This document shows positions 55,874 through 64,000 of a stretch of 64,000 nt of DNA, piece by piece (within the stretch, counting starts at the first letter, position 1; each line of letters begins with the position of its first letter). Made by a program: the position numbers and the translations under genes. Origin of the DNA: Minisyncoccota bacterium (GTDB lineage Bacteria; Patescibacteriota; JACMRA01); NCBI GenBank assembly GCA_014376695.1, contig JACMRA010000016.1, positions 47,814 through 111,813 of the forward strand. Reading direction: 5' to 3'. The notes below the pieces were generated by a model. It worked only from the letters and a program-made list of their open reading frames with translations, did not search any database and was not told the origin of the DNA.

Positions 55874-57184
55874 ATGACCCCAAAAACCCGAACCCTTGGC
55901 AAAAATTTTACACTTCTGACTCTTTTGCTCGTGTTAATCGGCCTGGTTTATTCTGTAATTAGCCCTTTTGGCGGGATACAGCTACCTACTTGGCAATGGC
56001 CGTATTTTAATCTGCCCTGGGGGTCATACAATCTAAAAGGGACTGAGAGAGGTCGGACTAATATTCTAATTCTTGGGAGTGATTACGGGGTGGCAACCGA
56101 TACCATTATTGTCCTAAGTATCAATTACAAAGCCAAAACTCTCTCAACTTTGTCCCTACCTCGGGACCTGCAAATTAGCACAACCACCCAAACCCAAAAA
56201 ATCAATTCGGTATTTCAAAGCAATATTTCTAGCGGCCAAACCCCGCCCCAATCAGCCATTGCCACCGCCCAAACCATCTCAAATCTGATTAATCAACCCA
56301 TTGACTACTGGCTCAAGATTAATATCGGGGGATTTACAGGGGTAATTGATACACTCGGAGGCATTGAAATCAATGTCGAAAATAGTTTTGGTGATTGTCA
56401 GTTTCCAACTCCAAATTTTGATGGATATCTATCGCCTTGTCCAGAATTTACCAAAGGGCGGGCAACTATGGACAGTAAAACCGCACTGATTTTTGCCAGG
56501 TCTCGCAAAAGCTACAACAACCCGCTTGAGGCTATCGATTTTGCTAGGTCACGGCGACAAGCCAAAGTCATAGAAGCCGTCCTTAACAAAGTCAAATCCA
56601 ACCCAGTGCTAATCCCCCAAATCTTAGCTAATCTCTCGGACAATCTGATAACCGATATCCCCGTTGCTCAACTCCCCAATTTGATCAGCAAATACAACGC
56701 TGAGGGTTACACTCCAGGCATCTCCAATTACAGCCTCGATTACGATTCGGGTATTATTTGCCCAGAAGCCAATTCCTCGGACTTAGTTTTTTGTGGTAGT
56801 AAGTCAGTTGAGTTATTGCACCGTTTAGCCGAGACTGGGAACCTAGCAAGTGCCAATACCGAGCTCAATCCTGCAATCCAAAATCTCAAAATCGCTATTA
56901 TTAGTAACGGCAGTAGCGACGCCCTAAGTCTAATTACCGAGCTTAAATTGCTCGGTATCAATAACCAAAATTTGCTAATTAACAACAGCTATCAAGGAAT
57001 TAAACAAGCCACCAATTCGAGTAGCGAAACTATCAAAATTTATACCACAAGCCCCGAATTAACCAACCTACTCAAGAGCCAGACAGCTAGTAATTCGGAT
57101 TGGCAAATTATCAACCAAAAGCAAAGCAAACACAAACTCAGCGGCGATTACGAGAAGGCCGAGGCAGTTGCAGTGGTGGAGTGA
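55874..57184 (+). CDS. LytR-CpsA-Psr (LCP) family protein
   Basis: N-terminal TM helix; NILILGSD..DTIIVLSIN..LSLPRDL. Confidence 0.75.
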   Translation: MTPKTRTLGKNFTLLTLLLVLIGLVYSVISPFGGIQLPTWQWPYFNLPWGSYNLKGTERGRTNILILGSDYGVATDTIIVLSINYKAKTLSTLSLPRDLQISTTTQTQKINSVFQSNISSGQTPPQSAIATAQTISNLINQPIDYWLKINIGGFTGVIDTLGGIEINVENSFGDCQFPTPNFDGYLSPCPEFTKGRATMDSKTALIFARSRKSYNNPLEAIDFARSRRQAKVIEAVLNKVKSNPVLIPQILANLSDNLITDIPVAQLPNLISKYNAEGYTPGISNYSLDYDSGIICPEANSSDLVFCGSKSVELLHRLAETGNLASANTELNPAIQNLKIAIISNGSSDALSLITELKLLGINNQNLLINNSYQGIKQATNSSSETIKIYTTSPELTNLLKSQTASNSDWQIINQKQSKHKLSGDYEKAEAVAVVE

Positions 57185-57203
57185 AACCTATCTCAACCAA
57201 TCC

Positions 57204-59561
57204 CTACTCCGTCGCCTGATTAAAATAGATCCGATAGTAGACAAATTTGACGGCCTCAGATATCACGAAGTAGGCAAGCGTCAAACCAGCCAGTCGAGCG
57301 ACTTGTAAGGGCGAAATCGTCTCAATCTGGATAAATTGAAATAGATAGACACTAATTACAATAGAGCTAATTAAGGCTAAAACAGAATATAAGACTGTGG
57401 TCTTTTTTGGGGCGGCGGCCAGCAGAAAAAAGCCTCGCGTTCGTATCGAAAACAAAATAGCCAGCTCCGTCATAATCGAAAACAAAAACCAAGAAGTCTG
57501 AATCTGACCAACGGGTAAACCGCGATTAAGTGCCACAAAAATAAAATCAAAAATCGAAGAAACCAGACCAAGGAGCAGACAAATTAGAATTAGGCGGTGT
57601 AAATTCTGGTGTTTGGGTTTTCGAATATCTTTGCGACTGACTCGATCGCTGGCTAATGAGACCAGCGGCAAATCGGTAATCAAATTGGAGATTATTACCT
57701 GGACACCAAGCATCGGATTAAAGGGGAGGATCAGCGACAAAAGCCCCATAGTAAAAAAGTTACCAAAACTTGAGCTTAGAGTGCTTTTGAGGTACTTGTT
57801 GATATTTTCGAATATGCTGCGACCTTTTTCGACGCTAAGAATTAGATTGTGCAAATTAGCATCGGTCATTATAATATCGGCCGTTTCTTTGGCAATCGGG
57901 GACGAAGTGTTGACGACCAGTCCAATTTGGGCAATTTTGAGAGCTGGAGCGTCATTAATTCCATCGCCCAAATAGCCAACCACTTTTTTGGATTGGAGGG
58001 CTTGAATGATACGATATTTATTTTCGGGAGTGCATCTAGCAATGATTGCATAACTACCCAGCAGCAGATACAAGCTATCAATAGACTGATCAAAATCGAT
58101 CAATTCCGCCGATATGGCACTAGCCGCTTTATCGATTAGACCTGATTCTAGGCCGATATGAGTTGCAATAGCCAAGGAATCTCCAGTCAGGATTTTGATC
58201 TCTAGCCCTAGGTTTTTGGCTTTTTGGATTAGGGTTTTGGTATCAGGTTTTAGCTTATCAGCAAAGTAAATCGCCCCCAAATATTCCCATTGCCCACCCA
58301 ATTCCACCGCGTAGCTTAGACATTTGATACCCGAATTTTCTTTTTGGTTGATAGCTTCTTGAATTTGAATTTTGGTTTGAGCCTCTTGTCCTTTGATTAA
58401 CCCCAAAATTTCTACTGGGGAACCGTGATAATAAGTTACTTGTCCGATTTTTTTGGCTGATATTCGAAGCTTTGGATTGAATGGAATCTCAATCACCGTT
58501 TCTTGCCCCGATTGGATTTGGCTAAGCTCCTTGGTATATTTTTGGATAGCTACCTCAAAACTCTCCAAGCTATCGATACTCAACAATTGGGCCACTTGCA
58601 ACAATTTGGGACTGTAACTATCTGCAATTACCTCGAATTTATTCTGGGTAAGCGTGCCAGTCTTGTCAGTGCACAAAATATCCATATTCCCCAAGTCTTC
58701 CAAAACTGTGTTATGCTTGACCAGTAAACCGAGCTTGCCAAGTTTTATGGCTTGCCTGCTTAGGCTCAACGAAGTGACAATCGGGAGGGCTTCGGGTATG
58801 ATACTAATAGTCAGAGCCAACACAAAAATTAACGAAGTTTGCCAATTCTCGACTTTGCCAAGAGCTAATTGTAATCCAAATATACCAACTAAGTAGACAA
58901 AACCTGTTACCATAAAACCGCTACTAAGTTTGGCCATAGTTCGGGTAAATTCACTCTTTTTGTGAGTGTTTAAGGTTAGGCTTGCAATCCGTCCAAAGGT
59001 TGTTTTTGCTCCTATATTAGTTACTTGTGCGGTAGCAGTCCCGAGACTAACAGCAGTCCCACTTAGTAACTGCTCACTATTAATTTTGGGAATATTTTCG
59101 ACCTCGCCCGTCAGTACCGATTGATTTATTTGCAGGTTGTTAGATTCTACTACTATGGCATCAGCTGGCACCAAATCACCAAGTTTAAGCTTGATTATAT
59201 CATCTTTTACGAGCCCCGTCGTATCGATAGATTGATATTTACCGTCCCTCAGGCACAGTACCTCTTTTTTGACCAGGTTGTTTAGTTGGGTTGCCAGACG
59301 CGCCGAATGATACTCCTGCGTAAAGCCAATTACTGAATTAATAATGATTAGAATGCTCAAAATAGCTCCGTTGAGATAATCGCCAGTAAATAGCGAAATT
59401 AAGACCGCAAAAATTAAGATATAGATTATAGGACTACCGAATTGCCTGAGCACAATCGACCAAAGCGAACTTTTTTGGCTGGCTTGAATATTGTATCCAT
59501 ACTCTTTTTGGCTGGCTGTAACTTGCTTACTGGATAATCCTATAATTTCGGTATTGTGCAT
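57204..59561 (-). CDS. cation-transporting P-type ATPase
   Basis: DKTGTLT, GDGINDAPAL and LTGEVE motifs; 785 aa. A perfect TATAAT lies 11 nt upstream of the ATG. Confidence 0.85.
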   Translation of the reverse strand: MHNTEIIGLSSKQVTASQKEYGYNIQASQKSSLWSIVLRQFGSPIIYILIFAVLISLFTGDYLNGAILSILIIINSVIGFTQEYHSARLATQLNNLVKKEVLCLRDGKYQSIDTTGLVKDDIIKLKLGDLVPADAIVVESNNLQINQSVLTGEVENIPKINSEQLLSGTAVSLGTATAQVTNIGAKTTFGRIASLTLNTHKKSEFTRTMAKLSSGFMVTGFVYLVGIFGLQLALGKVENWQTSLIFVLALTISIIPEALPIVTSLSLSRQAIKLGKLGLLVKHNTVLEDLGNMDILCTDKTGTLTQNKFEVIADSYSPKLLQVAQLLSIDSLESFEVAIQKYTKELSQIQSGQETVIEIPFNPKLRISAKKIGQVTYYHGSPVEILGLIKGQEAQTKIQIQEAINQKENSGIKCLSYAVELGGQWEYLGAIYFADKLKPDTKTLIQKAKNLGLEIKILTGDSLAIATHIGLESGLIDKAASAISAELIDFDQSIDSLYLLLGSYAIIARCTPENKYRIIQALQSKKVVGYLGDGINDAPALKIAQIGLVVNTSSPIAKETADIIMTDANLHNLILSVEKGRSIFENINKYLKSTLSSSFGNFFTMGLLSLILPFNPMLGVQVIISNLITDLPLVSLASDRVSRKDIRKPKHQNLHRLILICLLLGLVSSIFDFIFVALNRGLPVGQIQTSWFLFSIMTELAILFSIRTRGFFLLAAAPKKTTVLYSVLALISSIVISVYLFQFIQIETISPLQVARLAGLTLAYFVISEAVKFVYYRIYFNQATE

Positions 59562-59754
59562 ATGACTAGCTTATTATAACTTAGTTAGTGCCTCTTGACT
59601 AATTGGAATAAAACCCATAAATACCCTCACTTAAATAGTAAGTATAACCGAGGCTTGCCCATAACTCGAACTAATGTTACACTAGGCGCGACAAGGTATA
59701 GGGTCAAATAACCAGCAGGTTGAAGCCCTACCTAAAAACACAGAAATAAAAAAT

Positions 59755-62700
59755 ATGAATATCTTCAGATCTGGGGTAACAATAACAATTTGTTTGGCCC
59801 TATTATTATCAAGTTTTGCAAGCCTAAATATCAATGCCATTCAACCAATCCAGAGCGTGGGCATCGACAATTCGCCAGGCAAAAACCTGCCCCAGTCTAA
59901 TTCCGCAAGTCTACCTGCTCCCGAGACGGAATTTTATGAATATCAGGTGGAAACTGCAGGCAATATTCAGCCAACTATCGATGAATTTCTAAACAATGAT
60001 ACGAGACTTGTACTTGTAAGTGCTACCCAATCAAAAATCTACGGCCAGAAAACAGCTAATAATATCTACCAGCTCAAATTCAAGAATAAGACTTTTACAC
60101 CAGCAGTAAATAATAATCAATACCTTACACCGCAGGAAACCAAAGGCCAAGAAGAAAGCAAAATTTCAAATATCGAAAGCCCCAATAAAGATACCATAGA
60201 AAAAAAACTCCTCGATTACAAAAGCCACGTTAATTATATCAATCAATTAAAAACAAAAAGTCGATTAAATCCCAGCATAATAATCAAACCAAAAACAGTC
60301 TATCAAAAGTTTGCTGACTATACGCCAAACGACCCAATGTACAAATACCAATGGGGACTAAATAACACCGGTAGATATTCAAAGTTAAATTTTGATGAAA
60401 CTACAAAAAATATCCAATTAGTAGAAATCAATAGCCTATCGGGTCAAGATATCCAATACAAAAATATCCAACAAACTTACCCAAAACAAGGTAAGGGAAT
60501 TCGAGTTGGAGTTACCGATAGTGGGCTCGATTACACTCACCCAGATATAGAAAATCAAATATTATTGAATCAAGGGGAAATCCCCGAAGCCCTAAAAACC
60601 AAATACGACACCAATCAAGATGGTATCGTTGAGTCAAAAGAAGTTCTTGACATTATCCGACAGGACCCAAACTGGGATTATAACGGGGACGGTAAAATTG
60701 ATCTTGAAGATGTCTTAAACGACAAAAGTGAATTTATGGATAAGATAGATCAAGATGGTAATGACCTTGTTGACGATCTTATTGGATGGGACTTTGGGGA
60801 TAATGATAACGATGTGATGGACAATGACGGGCATGGAACTCACGTAACCGGAACAATTGCAGCTCAAAGCAACAATGGAATTGGTATGGCAGGGGTAAGC
60901 GCTAATGCCAAAATACTGCCTATCAAGATTTTTGGGGAGGCTGGTGCAACAGATGAAGTCATTATTTCGAGTTTAAATTATTCCGTAGGTAAAATTGATG
61001 TAATGAATATGAGTTGGGGCGGCCTTGACTCTTCGCCCTACCAAGATATGATACAAACAGAATACTATAAATCATTTCAGAGTATGGTGGACAGCGGGAT
61101 AATTCCTATTGCTGCAGCTGGAAACGATGATACTTTGGCTAGTAATTTTTCTCCTGCACGGTTCGATGATGCAATTGTGGTTGGTTCGAATAACGCCCTT
61201 GGAAAAAAGTCCAATTTTAGTAACTACGGCGGAAAGGTTGATATTGTCGCACCTGGAGAAGATATAATTTCGCTAAAAAGCAAAAGTGCCAAAGAGATAC
61301 CTGATTTAGTTATCGCTGATAATTATATAATACTCTCAGGGACTTCGATGGCCTCACCAGCAGTAGCCGGAATTGTGGCAAACTATTTGGCCCAAAACCC
61401 TAACAAGACTAGCAAAGAAATCAAGCACTTACTTCGAAAGTCCACCCCAGATTATAAAAATTACGATCTAAAGCTTGGCTACGGCAAAATTAATACCGAT
61501 TTACTCAGTACCTCTCAAGTCAATATGGCCGATTTTGATTATGATTTTGTTAATTTTTATAGTCAGGAAAACCTTGCTGATACCAAAAAATTCGGGACAA
61601 AAAGTGGCAGTAATTTTGTGATTGAAGCTGCCGATTATGAATTAAAACCGTCAACAGACGGCGAACCAAAAGTGAACTTAATTTGGAAGTTGATAAAGGA
61701 TAATTTGAACGCTCAAGAAGCCAATCTGGAGCTAAATTCCACCCAATATTTGGACGGTTCTGGATTGGTCAGGCTCAGAAACAAGCAAAAACCCGAAAAT
61801 TCCAAGATTCTAGATATTCAAATAACTAATATAAATATCAATGAAACCTACGAACCATACGGCAATTTGGACTTGATCCCCATAAAAAGTGTATATAATC
61901 AAAACGTTGATACCGTCAGCCTAAAACTCGAAATTGAAAGCCATAGCAAACGAAATTCACCCGGCTTTGAGGTGGCTAGCAAAAGCCAATATTTTATCCC
62001 TTATACACTCTGCAAAAACAATCCTGTGAGCCTGTGTAGTGATAAGTTTAATTTGGGCTATATCGAAGCCAAAAACATACCAAAGTCGAGCGATACCTTA
62101 TATATCACATTTATCAAAGTCAATACCATCGCAAACACTGAAACAACGATTGGCCGAAAAGTGATATTTGTTGATAAGACTATGCGTAGTAATTTCCCTT
62201 ATGTGTCTAGCCAAGAAGATACTACTTCGGTAATAGAAAATAAATTAGTTGCGGACATAAACAACGACGGGAAAAAGGATATTATATATATAGAAGATGG
62301 TCAGGAGCTTGGAGCCTTGGGGTCTTTCGGTCAAAAAGATATTGATTTTCGGGTTAATGTTATAGACTCTAGCGGACAAGAATTAAAAGGATTCCCATAT
62401 CTTATCAGACCATTATTACTCGGGGCTGGCCCCACAGGAGAAGGGCAGGAGCAAAATACTGTCAGGGACAGGTCTCCATCCAAACCAATAATAGCTGATA
62501 TAAATAACGATGGGCAAAAAGAAATTGTTTTTTACACCACAAACAAAAATGATTTTTATGATAACGATATAACCTTGGTCAATAAAGTCTACGCCGTAAA
62601 TTTTGATGGAAAATTGTTAGAAAATTACCCAAAAGTCATATTCAAAAGTGAGTCATACAACACGGTGGTTAATCCAAATGCAATGCCTAACTTTGGGCCT

Positions 62701-64000
62701 TATATGAGCTCACAAATTAGTATAAATGATACTAACGGCGATGGGATCAATGAGATTCAGTTTTTGGCTCGAGATGGATATTACTATCAGTGGCAAAATA
62801 ATTTTGCGAATTTAAAAACACCTGCAAAGACACAAGTTTATGATCTTTTCGCATTAAATAAATCCCCTTCGTACGATGGGCAAAGTGTTTTGAATGATTA
62901 CCCGTTAGGGCGAGAGATTAAACCGGCATTTAGCGATATAGATAAAGATGGCAAATTAGAATCGATTATTGCCATAAAAGACAGAGTTAGTATCATAAAT
63001 CAACAGGGAAAGGTTACAAGTATGTTCCAAATCCCAGTAAAAGTGTGCGCAGTCAGCCCAGCTTGTCCTGATGGAAAATTGAATGAATTTGTCGCAGGTT
63101 CTCCTATCATTGCAGATATTGATAACGATAACAAACCCGAAATTTTATTTACCACAGCAAATCTATACGCCAATTCGAGGATAAACGATAATCCTAACTT
63201 TGAAATTGTCCCATATATGCAAGGATATAACAGCAATATCTATATTCTCAACGCTGACGGATCCCTCAAAAATAAAACCGAGATCAATAATTTTTTGACA
63301 GCTGGAGAGATATCGGTTGGTCAACTAGACACTGATCCCGAGTTAGAAATTACACTACTTAGTTCAAATAATCCATCATCCGAGCCAATCGAAGCCAATG
63401 AAAATTCTCAATTTGGTAAGCAATCAAAATTATATTTGTTTAATCACGATCTGTCACTAAAGAGTGGATTTCCTTTTGTAGTCCCTGGCAATGCCACTTA
63501 CTCTGATACACCCCAAAATCTCTTAACATCCGTAAACGATCGAGTTCTAATTGACGATATTGATGACAACGGACAAAACGAAATGCTTTTTTCTAATACT
63601 AATAATTTTTGGGTTGTCGATCAAAAAGGCCAGTTAAATTCCAAATACTCAAAGACTCTCTCAGGCTATGAATACCAGAACTCCACCTCATTTGCTGAGT
63701 TAAACGATATTGATAATGACGGACACAAAGAACTGATTATAACTTATACTGGTAGCCGTAATTCTGGGTCTGTTGATCAGCTGCGATCTTTTACAAATAA
63801 GCGGTATTTGATGGTCTTTGACTTACCAAAAAAAACTACCTTAACGACCCTAGCCACTTTGGATAGCGGGGTCAAATGGTCAAGTTACTACGGCAATGAT
63901 AACAATACAAACAATTTGTTCAACTATATCGCCCCAAAACCAGTCGAAGCCGTCCCTATTAAACCCGTCGAAAATACCGCACAACCACCAACCCCTCAAC
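59755..64000 (+). CDS. giant secreted S8 subtilase with Ca-binding (EF-hand/dockerin-like) insert and FG-GAP/VCBS-type repeats; 3' end outside window
   Basis: Not in the ORF track because it has no stop in the window. The frame is open from ATG 59755 for more than 1415 codons. It has a signal peptide and the triad VGVTDSG (Asp 60517), GHGTHVTG (His 60832) and SGTSMASPAVAG (Ser 61345). DxDxDG-type loops: DTNQDGIVE, DYNGDGKID. At least 7 repeats of the type DINNDGKKDIIY / DIDNDGHKELII. Confidence 0.85.
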   Translation, partial: MNIFRSGVTITICLALLLSSFASLNINAIQPIQSVGIDNSPGKNLPQSNSASLPAPETEFYEYQVETAGNIQPTIDEFLNNDTRLVLVSATQSKIYGQKTANNIYQLKFKNKTFTPAVNNNQYLTPQETKGQEESKISNIESPNKDTIEKKLLDYKSHVNYINQLKTKSRLNPSIIIKPKTVYQKFADYTPNDPMYKYQWGLNNTGRYSKLNFDETTKNIQLVEINSLSGQDIQYKNIQQTYPKQGKGIRVGVTDSGLDYTHPDIENQILLNQGEIPEALKTKYDTNQDGIVESKEVLDIIRQDPNWDYNGDGKIDLEDVLNDKSEFMDKIDQDGNDLVDDLIGWDFGDNDNDVMDNDGHGTHVTGTIAAQSNNGIGMAGVSANAKILPIKIFGEAGATDEVIISSLNYSVGKIDVMNMSWGGLDSSPYQDMIQTEYYKSFQSMVDSGIIPIAAAGNDDTLASNFSPARFDDAIVVGSNNALGKKSNFSNYGGKVDIVAPGEDIISLKSKSAKEIPDLVIADNYIILSGTSMASPAVAGIVANYLAQNPNKTSKEIKHLLRKSTPDYKNYDLKLGYGKINTDLLSTSQVNMADFDYDFVNFYSQENLADTKKFGTKSGSNFVIEAADYELKPSTDGEPKVNLIWKLIKDNLNAQEANLELNSTQYLDGSGLVRLRNKQKPENSKILDIQITNININETYEPYGNLDLIPIKSVYNQNVDTVSLKLEIESHSKRNSPGFEVASKSQYFIPYTLCKNNPVSLCSDKFNLGYIEAKNIPKSSDTLYITFIKVNTIANTETTIGRKVIFVDKTMRSNFPYVSSQEDTTSVIENKLVADINNDGKKDIIYIEDGQELGALGSFGQKDIDFRVNVIDSSGQELKGFPYLIRPLLLGAGPTGEGQEQNTVRDRSPSKPIIADINNDGQKEIVFYTTNKNDFYDNDITLVNKVYAVNFDGKLLENYPKVIFKSESYNTVVNPNAMPNFGPYMSSQISINDTNGDGINEIQFLARDGYYYQWQNNFANLKTPAKTQVYDLFALNKSPSYDGQSVLNDYPLGREIKPAFSDIDKDGKLESIIAIKDRVSIINQQGKVTSMFQIPVKVCAVSPACPDGKLNEFVAGSPIIADIDNDNKPEILFTTANLYANSRINDNPNFEIVPYMQGYNSNIYILNADGSLKNKTEINNFLTAGEISVGQLDTDPELEITLLSSNNPSSEPIEANENSQFGKQSKLYLFNHDLSLKSGFPFVVPGNATYSDTPQNLLTSVNDRVLIDDIDDNGQNEMLFSNTNNFWVVDQKGQLNSKYSKTLSGYEYQNSTSFAELNDIDNDGHKELIITYTGSRNSGSVDQLRSFTNKRYLMVFDLPKKTTLTTLATLDSGVKWSSYYGNDNNTNNLFNYIAPKPVEAVPIKPVENTAQPPTPQ

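Noticed and set aside
1-64000. Search for tRNA, rRNA, tmRNA, CRISPR repeats, IS/transposase, integrase and reverse transcriptase (DGR/retron).
   Set aside because: I found no T-loop-like GGTTCGAAT/GGTTCAAAT context in intergenic regions. I found no regularly spaced short repeats, and no DDE, tyrosine-recombinase or YxDD motifs in any ORF. This was a scan by eye, so small RNAs could have been missed.

Overview
This is a gene-dense 64-kb chromosomal segment, AT-rich (about 40% GC by eye). It uses the standard genetic code: TGA ends well-supported genes, for example at 25474-25476 and 46279-46281. I count about 55 protein-coding genes and one RNA gene. The RNA gene is RNase P RNA on the minus strand at 42776-43283; it is absent from the ORF track and overlapped by two spurious track ORFs. 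I recognise no tRNA, rRNA, CRISPR array, transposase or integrase. The gene content fits a small-genome Patescibacteria/CPR-type bacterium (inference only): a TrbC/VirB2-like 'T4SS pilin' mini-protein, a GT-C glycosyltransferase, a sortase, an LCP protein, secreted S8/S1 proteases, a truncated PriA and many orphan genes. Housekeeping genes are leuS, folD, tsaC, a Ham1/RdgB-type NTP pyrophosphatase, a MurF-like ligase, two P-type ATPases, a MacB-type ABC pair, a CFA-synthase-type methyltransferase, and ApbE with an FMN-binding protein. Accessory genes are a RelE-type TA pair, two Fic-fold genes, two interrupted KAP-type P-loop NTPase paralogs in inverted orientation about 40 kb apart, and two 'DTGF' retropepsin-like protease cassettes. 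Four observations stand out. (1) leuS carries an in-frame insertion of about 223 aa with a complete alpha/beta serine-hydrolase motif set (YdeN/RBBP9-like) between the RQRYWG and DLPLVLP motifs. (2) The RNase P RNA is about 508 nt because a hairpin element of about 115 nt sits in the P12 position, and paralogous copies of that element are repeated just 3' of the gene. (3) At least 13 genes have a TTGACA-like box 34-38 nt upstream of the ATG (seven at exactly 37 nt) with no Shine-Dalgarno, which is a leaderless-mRNA geometry. (4) An S8 protease/FG-GAP-repeat ORF of more than 1415 codons (59755 to window end) is missing from the ORF track because it has no stop in the window. Several genes are interrupted: an A6-run frameshift in the toxin, a TAA in KAP copy 1, and a frameshift in KAP copy 2. 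Sequence errors must be excluded before these are interpreted biologically. All family assignments come from motif recognition by eye; no database search was run.
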